Below are positions 44,589 to 53,464 of a DNA stretch of 64,000 nt, in pieces (the stretch's first letter is position 1; each line of letters starts with the position of its first letter). The stretch covers positions 4,764 to 68,763 of the forward strand of contig CAVWWE010000007.1 of assembly GCA_963758575.1 (NCBI GenBank), written 5' to 3'. Under the pieces are notes generated by a model. That model was not told the DNA's origin and searched no databases. It saw only the letters and a program-made list of their open reading frames with translations. The stretch comes from an uncultured Actinomycetes bacterium (GTDB taxonomy: Bacteria; Actinomycetota; Actinomycetes; Streptosporangiales; Streptosporangiaceae). A program made the translations under genes and the position numbers.

Positions 44589-47547
44589 ATGACGCCGAAG
44601 CTGGAATTCTGCCTGCTCGGACCGGTAGTGGTCCGCTGCGGCGGGGTGGCCTTGCCGGTGCCGCGGGGCAGGCAGCGGGCGCTGCTCGCGGTGCTGTTGC
44701 TGAACGCCGGCCGGGTGGTGTCAGTTAGCGAGATCGCCGACACGCTGTGGGGGCCCGCGCCGCTGCCGTCAGCCGAGGCGACCGTGCGGAACTACGTGAA
44801 GCGCCTGCGGCGTGTGCTGGGCGACGTCAACCAGGCCCGGATCGTCACCCGGTCCCCTGGGTATCTGATCCGGGTTGATCCCGGGGAACTGGATGTGGCC
44901 CGGTTCGAGGTCCTGCTCGACGGCGCCCGCAACGCCGCGCGCGGTGGTTCCTGGGCAGCCGCGGCCGATCAGGCGCGCGGAGCGCTGGCGCTGTGGCGCG
45001 GCGAGCCACTGGACGATGTCGAGTCGCAGGCACTGGCGTTAACTGAAATTCCGCGGTTGATGGAACTGCAGCTTCAGGCGGCGGAGCTACAGATCGATGC
45101 GGAGCTGCGCCTGGGCCGTCACGGCGCGGGTCATCGCCGAGCTGCAGCGCTTGGCCGCAGCCCACCCGTTGCGCGAGCGCCTGCACGCGCTGCTGATGCT
45201 CGGCCTGCACCGCGACGGCCGGCAGGCCGAAGCGCTGGCCGCCTATCAGCACGTGCGGGGGGTGCTGGTAGCTGAGCTGGGCACCGAGCCAGGAACCGAA
45301 CTGCGTGAGCTGCACCGGCAGATCCTCACCACGAGCCCGGCGCTGGCCGGCGCTGAGCCCGCGCAGTTGCCCGCTGGTGCCGCCTGGCGAGCGGGCGCGC
45401 AGCCGGCACCGGTAGTGCCACGGGAGCTGCCGGGCCCGGTGCCGCAGTTCACCGGCCGGGCCGCCGAGCTGGCCGGCCTGACCGGGATGCTGGACCGGGC
45501 CAGCGCGCAGCGGCCGCCGACGCTGGTGATTTCGGCGATCGCCGGGATGGCCGGGGTGGGCAAGACGGCGCTGGCCATGCAGTGGGCGCACCAGGTGGCG
45601 GACCGGTTCCCGGACGGGCAGCTGCATGTCAACCTGCGTGGCTATGACCCTGGCCAGCCGGTGCCGGCCGGTGACGCCCTGGCCGGGTTCCTGCGCAGCC
45701 TGGGTGTGACCGAGCAGGATATCCCGGCCGAGACCGGGGAGCGTGCGGCGCGGTACCGGAGCCTGCTGGCTGGCCGTCGGATGCTCATCATGATCGATAA
45801 CGCGGCGGATGCGGAGCAGGTCCGGCCGCTGCTGCCCGGCAGCCCAGGGTGTGTGGCCGTGGTGACCAGCCGCGACGCGCTGGCCGGGCTGGTGGCCAGG
45901 GACGGGGCCCGCCGACTGGACCTGGGCCTGCTGCCGCCCGCCGAGGCGGTGGGGTTGCTGCGGGCGCTCATCGGCGCACGAGTGGATGCTGAGCCGGAAG
46001 CGACTGCGACGCTGGCCGGGTACTGTGCCTGGCTCCCGCTGGCCCTGCGGGTGGCCGCCGAGCGCGCCGCCGTCGCACCCGACCTCACGCTGGCGGACGT
46101 GACGTCGGAGCTGGCTGACCAGCAGGAGCGGCTGGACCGGCTGGACGCGGCCGGGGACCGGCTGACGGCGGTCCGGACCGTGTTCTCGTGGTCGGTCCGG
46201 CACCTGGATGAGGCGACTGCGCGCGCGTTCCGGCTGCTTGGACTGCACCCCGGCGCGGATTTTGATGCCTATGCCGCTGCCGCGCTCACTGACACCACGC
46301 TGCGGCAGGCTCGCTGGCTGCTGGACCGGCTGGCCCGCGCGCACCTGATCCAGCCCGCCCGGGTGGGCCGATACGGCATGCACGACCTGCTCCGCGCCTA
46401 CGCCGCCGGCCAGGCTGCTGCCCAGGACAGCGAGCAGGAGCGGGGCGCGGCGCTGACCCGCCTGTTCGACCACTACTTGGCCACCGCCACCCACGCCGCC
46501 GGTACCTTGTTCCGCGCCGACCCTGACCAGCCCGCGATGTCCCAGCCCGCCGGCCCGGTGCCGCCGGTCACCAGCCCGGCCGCCGCGCTGGCCTGGCTCG
46601 ACGTGCACCGGTCCACGCTGGTCGCGGTGGCCGCGCACGCCGCCGACCATGGCTGGCCCGGCCACGCCATCGGCCTGGCCGGCACCATCTTCCGCTACCC
46701 GGATGTTGGCCACTTCGGCGATGCCGCCGCGATGCACCGTCATGCCCGCCGCGCCGCCGCGCAGGCCGGCGACCGGACCGCCGAAGCGGCGGCGCTGACG
46801 ATGCTCGGTACTGCCGACGCTGCCCGGGGCCGTCTCCGCCAGGCCACCAGGCATCTCGGGCAGGCCCTGGCCCTATGTCGTGCGGACGGTGACCGGATCG
46901 GGGAGGCCCGCGCACTCGGCCGCCTCGGCCATGCCGTTTACTGCCAGGGCCGCTACCAGCAATCGGCTGGGTACCACCAACGGGCCCTCGCCATCTACCT
47001 GGAGGTCGGTGACCACGCCGGTGAAGCCGTTGAGCTGCACCAGCTCGGCGTGGTTGACCTGCGGCAGGGTCGTTACGAGCAGGCCGCCGGTCAGCTGCGC
47101 CGATCGCTGACGTTCTTCCACGGCGCCGGGTTCCGCTCGGGCGAGGCCGCGGTGCTGGGCAACCTCGGCGAACTCGAGTTGCGGCAAGGCCATTATGTGC
47201 AGGCCGCCGGCCATCTCCGCCAGTCCCTGGGGCTAGGCCGCGAGACCGGTAGCCGGTTGTGCCAGGCCCGGGCCCTGGCCTACCTGGGCATGTGCGAGCT
47301 GCGGCAGGGCCGCGGGCGGCAGGCCATCGGCCTTCTCCGGCGGTCGCTGGCCCTGCACCGGCAGGCCGGCAACCCCTCTGGTCAGGCCGAGGCGCTCAAC
47401 GAACTTGGCGAGGCGTTCCTCGCCACCAGCCAGGCCGGCCAGGCCGGCGCCCGACACGCCGCTGCGCTGGCCCTGGCGATCCAGAGCGGTGACCGGCACG
47501 AACAGGCACGGGCCCGTAGTGGCCTGGCCAGCGCCTGCCAGGCCTGA
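44589..47547 (+). pseudogene. AfsR/SARP-family regulator (OmpR-type wHTH plus BTAD plus NB-ARC ATPase plus TPR), frameshift near 45125-45130
   Basis: LEFCLLGPVVVRCGGVALPV...LLAVLLLNAGRVVSVSEIADTLWG (wHTH), ALALWRGEPLDDV and HPLRERLHALLMLGLHRDGRQAEALAAYQHVR (BTAD), P-loop IAGMAGVGKTALA, then about 8 TPR-like repeats. ORFs 44589..45275 (frame 0) and 45097..47547 (frame 1) join if one G is removed from CACGGCGCGGGTCATC. Confidence 0.85.
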
Positions 47548-47597
47548 TCAGCTCAGAGCCGGCCGGTCAGGCGCTGCATGGCGGCGGGTTTGGGCGC

Positions 47598-50282
47598 CTA
47601 GCTGATGGCTCCGGTATCGCCGGCTCCCGGCGGGCCGGCTGGGCGGGTGGGTTCAGGTGACGCTTCCGCTAGCGCGTACTCAACGGCGCGGCTGCCTCCA
47701 AGGGACTGTCCCCGTGTCCAGGCCTGCTCGAATGCCGCATCTCCCATGCGGGAGCGCAGCGCGGCCAGGAAACCCTCGTCGTGGGCGGCGCGGGGCACGA
47801 CCGCGTGCAGCCAGCCGCTGCCCTTGGCTTGCAGGAGCGCGCCTGCGGCGGCGAGCAGATGCACGGCGCGCTCCAGGTTGTCCTGCCGGATGGCGACCGC
47901 GGCCAGTGCCTCGAGATAGTAGGCGACGCTTGGTTCGTCCCCAGCCTCGGCAGACTGCGACATCCCTTCCTGCAGGCGTTCCGCCGCGCCGGTCAGATCG
48001 CCCTGTGCCTGGCTGCTGAGCGCCAGGTCGTAGAGCGAGATGAGGATGGTGAACCGGTCCTGCGCGCTGCGGGCCGCGTTCAGGCCCTCGGTGAACAGCT
48101 GCGCTGCGCGGTCGTGATCTGCCTGGCTGAGCCGGATCTGGCCGAGGAAATTGCACACGAGCGCCACGTCCAGTAGGTGCTGGGCACGCTCGGGTCCGGC
48201 GAGCCGATCGTTGCCTGCCTCCTGTAGCGGGGCGAGCGTCTGTTCGAGCAACTCGCTGGCCCGCGCGTCCTGGTGCTGCAATGCCAGGAGGTGACCCAGC
48301 ATGGCTGCCGCCGTGGCTGCGCCCAGCATGTCCCCGGCCTGGCGGTACAGCGGCAGGCTTTGCTCCAGCAGCGGCTGCGCTGTGGCCTGGTCCCCGGACG
48401 CGAAGAGGCCGAAGCCGGTGCCGCTCAGCGCCAGGGCACGCTGCCGCGGCGGCAGGTGTTCGCTTTTGGCCAGGACGTCCACGTAGGAAGCCAGTTCCTC
48501 GGCGTGGCCGCGCAGCCACCAGAACCTCCATGTCGCCCAGGACAGCTGTATCGCCGACTCGATCTGGTCCTGTTCCACCAGCCAGGACATCGCGGCGCCG
48601 AGGTTGCCGTGCTCGGTCTCGAGCCGCTCCAGCCACACCAGCTGTCCGGGACCTTGCAGCTCGGCTGGAGCCGGCTCGGCGAGCGCCAGGAAGTAGGCCG
48701 CGTGCCGGTCGTGCGCCTCCCGCCAGTCAGCGCCGTCGCGCAGGCGCTCCAGCGCGTACTCCCGGATGGTCTCCAGCAGACCGAAGCGCGGCTCGCCGTC
48801 ACGCACCTGCGGCTGCACCAGGCTGCTGTCCACCAGCGAGCCCAGCGTGTCCATGACGTGCCCGGCCCGGCCCGGGTCGGCCGGCCCGGCGGCGCCGACG
48901 GCCTCTGCGGCGGGCAGGTCGAAGGTTCCTGCAAACACCCCTAGGCGGGCGAATAGCGCCTGCTCGCCGCCAGACAGCAGATCGAAGCTCCAGTCCAGGG
49001 TGTTTCGCAGTGTCTGCTGCCGCTCAGGCTGGTCGCGCGCTCCGCCCGTCAGCAGCCCCATCCTGTCGTTGAGCCGGGCCAGCAGGGCCTGCGGTGGCAG
49101 CAGCCTGACCCTGGCGGCCGCCAGCTCGATGGCCAGCGGCAGCCCATCCAGCCGCCGGCAGATCTCGGCGACCGCCCCGGCGTTCCCGCTGGTCAGCTCG
49201 AAACCCGCGGACGCGGCTTGGGCCCGCTCCACAAACAGGCGCACCGACGCGCATCGCTGCACGTCCGCGGCGGCCCCGCCGGCCCCGATCGGTGGCACCG
49301 GGAGCGTCGGTACCGGGAACTCGTGCTCACCGCTGAGCCGCAACACCGTCCGGCTGGTCACCAGCGCCACCACGCCGGGAGCGGCGCCCAGCAGCTCAGC
49401 CACCAGCGGAGCCGCCCCTATCACCTGCTCGAAGTTGTCCAGCACCAGCACCAGCCGCCGGGCGCGCAGGTATGACTTCAGGTCGGTGATCAGCGCGCCG
49501 CCCGAGGTGTTCAGCCCCAGCGCGGCGGCGATCGCCGCCGTCACCAGCTCGGCCGCCCGGACCGAACCGAGCTCAACGAACCGCACCCCGTCCCGGAAAC
49601 CCGGACCCACCCGCTGCGCGACCTCCACCGCGAGCCTGCTTTTCCCGACTCCGCCCGGCCCGGTGAGGGTCACCAGGCGCACGCCCTCGGCACGCACCAG
49701 GTCGCTCACCGTCGCGGCGTCATCGTCGCGGCCCACAAGCGGCGTCGCCGGCACCGGCACCGCTTCTGGAAGCGACGCCTCGTCCACGGCGCCGTCCCCC
49801 GATGGCGTCCTCTCGAACCGCTCGCTCAGCAGCACGGCCAGGTCGTTCTCGACCAGGCGCTGCAGCTCGGCGGCAGCAGAGAAGTGCTGGTAGGACACGC
49901 CACCGTCATCCCTGATCCGGGTCAGCATCTCCGTCAGCCGCGACTCACGCTCCGGCGCCGGCGACTTCACATAGATGAGCCTGGGCAGCCCCGCCGACAG
50001 TAGGTACTCATCCTCCAGCCCGGATACCTGTTCCCCCGGCGCGACCCAGCCGTAGCTCTGCCAGTACACCCCCACGAACACCTGGCTCTGCGCCAGGTAG
50101 GAGCGGTAGACCTGCCGCGGCGGATGCGGCCGGGCGCCCAGCTCGAACATCACCGGCACCAGCCGCAGACGGGTCACCGCGTGCCGCACGGCCTGCCGCT
50201 CCGCGGCCAGTTCCTGCAGCGTGGAACTCACAAAGACCCGCAACCGCTGGTCGGGCGTGCGGATCAGATCCGTCTCGGCCAT
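47598..50282 (-). CDS. DUF4062-like N-terminal domain plus NB-ARC/STAND ATPase plus TPR protein (NLR/Avs-like architecture)
   Basis: Start ATG 50282 (MAETDLIRTPDQRLRVFVSSTLQELAAERQAVRHAV...VPVMFE...VFVGVYWQSYGW). Walker A LTGPGGVGKSRLA, Walker B RLVLVLDNFEQV, GLPLAIELAA, winged-helix block LFARLGVFAGTFD, then about 350 aa of TPR-like repeats. Convergent with the SARP gene across a 50-bp gap. Confidence 0.8.
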   Translation of the reverse strand: MAETDLIRTPDQRLRVFVSSTLQELAAERQAVRHAVTRLRLVPVMFELGARPHPPRQVYRSYLAQSQVFVGVYWQSYGWVAPGEQVSGLEDEYLLSAGLPRLIYVKSPAPERESRLTEMLTRIRDDGGVSYQHFSAAAELQRLVENDLAVLLSERFERTPSGDGAVDEASLPEAVPVPATPLVGRDDDAATVSDLVRAEGVRLVTLTGPGGVGKSRLAVEVAQRVGPGFRDGVRFVELGSVRAAELVTAAIAAALGLNTSGGALITDLKSYLRARRLVLVLDNFEQVIGAAPLVAELLGAAPGVVALVTSRTVLRLSGEHEFPVPTLPVPPIGAGGAAADVQRCASVRLFVERAQAASAGFELTSGNAGAVAEICRRLDGLPLAIELAAARVRLLPPQALLARLNDRMGLLTGGARDQPERQQTLRNTLDWSFDLLSGGEQALFARLGVFAGTFDLPAAEAVGAAGPADPGRAGHVMDTLGSLVDSSLVQPQVRDGEPRFGLLETIREYALERLRDGADWREAHDRHAAYFLALAEPAPAELQGPGQLVWLERLETEHGNLGAAMSWLVEQDQIESAIQLSWATWRFWWLRGHAEELASYVDVLAKSEHLPPRQRALALSGTGFGLFASGDQATAQPLLEQSLPLYRQAGDMLGAATAAAMLGHLLALQHQDARASELLEQTLAPLQEAGNDRLAGPERAQHLLDVALVCNFLGQIRLSQADHDRAAQLFTEGLNAARSAQDRFTILISLYDLALSSQAQGDLTGAAERLQEGMSQSAEAGDEPSVAYYLEALAAVAIRQDNLERAVHLLAAAGALLQAKGSGWLHAVVPRAAHDEGFLAALRSRMGDAAFEQAWTRGQSLGGSRAVEYALAEASPEPTRPAGPPGAGDTGAIS

Positions 50283-50551
50283 CACTCCACAGCCTAGGCA
50301 GGCGCACGCGGTCCCGCAGGACACGCCCAGAACAGCTTCATCTGCGCGGCCGCCACTGCTTGCCAGCCACGGCGCCTAAGCATGCATAACAGCGGATAGT
50401 TGTTCGTCACGCCTTCTTGATCGGGTAATCACATGGAGTGGCTTCTGGCCGTCGGCTGGCACAGATGGCTGCTGTCCGGGCGGCAGTAGGATCATGGCAC
50501 CGGCCCGCACGGGCGGGGCCCGCGGTGCCGGGTGCTACCGGGGAGGTCGCC

Positions 50552-51243
50552 GTGCTGGAGGCGTTCGCGGATCTGTCCACACCGCTGGTGGCCGATGCCT
50601 GCTTGCGCTGTAGTGTTCCGCTGCAGGCCGCCCCTTCGGGAATCCGGCCGGTCGTGGCCGGCCAGAGGATCGCTGGGCGGGTTCTGCCAGTGCGGCACTA
50701 CGGCAGCGTGGACGTGTTCCTGGAGGCATTTGGCCGGGCACAAGCCGGCGACGTGCTGGTCATCGACAACGGCGGCCGCTCGGACGAGGCATGCGTCGGC
50801 GACCTCGCGGTGCTGGAGGCCGAGGCAGCCGGTATAGCGGCCCTGGTGGTGTGGGGCCTGCACCGCGACACGCCGGAACTGGCCGCGATCGGCCTTCCGG
50901 TCTTCAGTTACGGGAGCTACCCGGCCGGGCCGGTGCGGCTGGACGAGCGGGAGCCCGAGGCGCTGGTCACCGCGCAGTTCGGGCCGCACCTGGTCAGCGC
51001 CGGGGACATCGCTTCGCCGATGACGACGGCGTGTTGTTCGTCCCGGCGCAGCGTGCCGTGCAGGTGCTGGTCACAGCGCACCAGATCTGGCAGAGCGAGC
51101 GGGACCAGGCTCGCCGGATCCGGGAGGGCCAGACACTGCGCCAGCAGACCGCTTTCGATGACTACCTGGCCCGACGCGCCGCTGACCCGTCATACACCTT
51201 CCGGCGGCATCTGCGCCGCATCGGCGGGGCCATCGAAGAATAG
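50552..51243 (+). pseudogene. RraA / dimethylmenaquinone-methyltransferase-family protein (RraA-like aldolase fold), frameshift near 51010-51015
   Basis: GTG 50552 preceded by [63 protein letters not shown] and [13 protein letters not shown]. The tail [18 protein letters not shown]...GGAIEE is in the ORF 50791..51243 frame. GCTTCGCC where GCTTTCGCC is expected (T-run). Confidence 0.7.
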
Positions 51244-51685
51244 GATCATCCCCTTGGCGCCGGGCCTCTACCCGCCCGGACGGTCAGCAACCGGCCAGCC
51301 CACAAGGCGGATACGCGGCCAAGATCCGGGAGGCCTTGAGCTCTATCGTGACGGCTTCTCGTCAGCCTCCGTCTTCGGCTGGCAGAGTTCGTGCCTGCGA
51401 CCACATGGCATGGCCCGGGCGGATGCTGCGTGACATGTGTCAGCGTCGCCATACCGCCCGCCATCCCTCATTCCAAGACCAGTCGCGTCCCCGGGACGGG
51501 GAGAAGCGGACCCGGGGACATTTGTGCCGGAGGCGTTAAGGGTCGCGTCGGCTGCAAGGCGTTTGACCAGATGGCCGGAGAGCTGAAAGCGTGACATCGA
51601 TGAATGACCTGTCGCGTGCCGCCGCCGCGCCCTGGGCCGCGCGTGGCCCTATGTTCAGTCGGCCCGGCCCGGCCTGGCCAGGCCG

Positions 51686-53376
51686 GTGGCCTGGGCCGCA
51701 CCGCGTGAACTGGATCGGCTGCGCGGCAGCCAGGCACGCGGAGCGCTGGGCAAACCGCTGGTGCCGGCCAGTGTTGCATCGCCGCGGCTGGCCGATGAGC
51801 TGTTCGCGCGGCTCCTGACCTACGGCACGCCGCACGAGACTCACCGGGGCGATGTACTGTTCCGGCCGGGTGACGAAGACGTCAACCTGATCGTGGTCGA
51901 CCGGGGTTCGGTGGAGGTTGTCCGGACGGAAACGGTCGACGTGCCCGCCGCGACCGTCGCGGCGGTGGATGCGGGCGGCTTTGTCGGCGAGCTGAACCTG
52001 CTGACCGGGCAGAATGTCTACCTGCTCTGCCGGGTGCGGGAGGGCGGCACGGTCTACCGGGTGTCGCCGGAGCGGCTGCGGCAGCTCATGGCCAACGACG
52101 TCGAACTGTCCGACATCGTCTTCAAGGCGCTAATTGCCCGCCGGGAGTTGCTGCAGCGCAGCACCGCCGCCCTAGCGGTGGAGATCGTCGGCACCGACAG
52201 GTCGGCGGCGGCGCTGGCGCTGCGGACTTACGCCGCCCGCCAGCGCCTGATCCACCTGTGGTTCGACGCCGATACCCCGGCGGGCCGGGCGATGATGGAG
52301 TCCTCCGGCCTGACCGAGGGCGACCTTCCCGCCGTCGTCATGCCTGGCGCCGCGCTGACACAGGCCACGCCGGGCGCGCTGGCCGACAAGCTCGGCCTCA
52401 GCTACCGTCGTTCGTCCACCAAGCCGGTAGACGTCACAATCGTTGGCGCGGGCCCGGCCGGCCTGGCGGCCGCAGTCTACGGCTCGTCCGAGGGCCTGGA
52501 CACCGTGCTGCTGGACGCCGTCGGCACCGGCGGGCAGGCCGCGGCAAGCTCCCGGATCGAGAACTACTTCGGCTTCCCGTTCGGCCTGTCCGGCGCCGAT
52601 CTGACCGGCCTGGCCGTGCTCCAGGCGCTGAAGTTCGGAGCCCAGCTGGCCAGCCCGTGCCAGGCGGTCAGGCTCGACACCGACCGCAACGGCGACCTGC
52701 TCCGCCTGCACCTGCAAGGCGGGGAGGTCATCGACAGCAAAGCCGTCGTCATCGCGACCGGCGCCCGCTACCGGGCACTGCCGCTGGAGCGCTGGCCTGA
52801 CTTGGAAGGCGCCGGCATCTACTACGCGGCCACCGAACTAGAAGCCCGGGGATGCACGGGCAGCCCGGTCACGGTGATCGGCGGCGCGAACTCCGCGGGT
52901 CAGGCGGCGCTGTACCTGGCCGGGCGAGGCAGTGAGGTCTCACTAGTCGTCCGCGGCCCGGACATCGCGACCGAGATGTCGGCCTATCTCGTCAACCGGC
53001 TGCTGGCCCACCCGCGGGTGACGGTACGGTGCCGCAGCGAGGTCACCCGGCTGGACGGCGGTGACTTCCTCGAGGAAGTCACCATCACCGACCGGACGGC
53101 GGACACCGCGCAAGCCCAGCCTGTGCGGGCTTGTTCTGTTATGGCGGAGCGCAGACTGGCTGAGGGATCGCAGGGGACGAGGTTTCATGGAGACGTAGCT
53201 GAGGCGGTGATGGAGGCTGGACAGGCTGGACGGCGGCGCTCGTTGAGACCAGCATCCCCGCCGTGTTCGCGGTCGGCGACGTCCACTCCGGCTCGATGAA
53301 GCGGGTCGCCGCAGCCACCGGCGAAGGCGCCAGCGCCATCGCGTCGGTACACAAGGCCATCGCCACGCTGGCCTAG
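51686..53376 (+). pseudogene. cyclic-nucleotide-binding-domain protein fused to thioredoxin-reductase-like FAD oxidoreductase; 3' end carries several frame breaks (53118-53245)
   Basis: cNMP block GDVLFRPGDEDVNLIVVDRGSVEVV...GFVGELNLLTG. TrxR blocks VTIVGAGPAGLAAAVYGSSEGL, GGQAAASSRIENYFGFP and VTVIGGANSAGQAALYLA. The last ~80 codons read CAGLFCYGGAQTG / WLRDRRGRGFMET / ALVETSIPAVFAVGDVHSGSMKRVAAATGEGASAIASVHKAIATLA in three different frames, ending at TAG 53376. The start codon is uncertain. Confidence 0.75.
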
Positions 53377-53464
53377 CGACCAAGGGATGCAGGTCGATCC
53401 GCATCGGTTCCGGGCCTTAAGGACCAAGCGAGTAAAGGCCGCTTCCGCCCCGCCCCGGCGAGAA
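53026..53464 (+). repeat. left copy (439 bp) of the long direct repeat flanking the IS
   Basis: Matches 55231-55561 base for base except 1 C-run indel, 2 substitutions, 4 further 1-nt indels and a 113-bp segment (53137-53249) present only here. Confidence 0.9.

Noticed and set aside
52943-53404. Duplicated minus-strand ORFs (52943..53404 and 55183..55497, both starting MRIDL[HR]PLVARPAWRWPCVPTRWRW...) as a repeated small gene flanking the IS.
   Set aside because: They are simply the antisense frame of the duplicated TrxR-like 3' end. The composition is Arg/Trp/Pro-rich with no coding signal.
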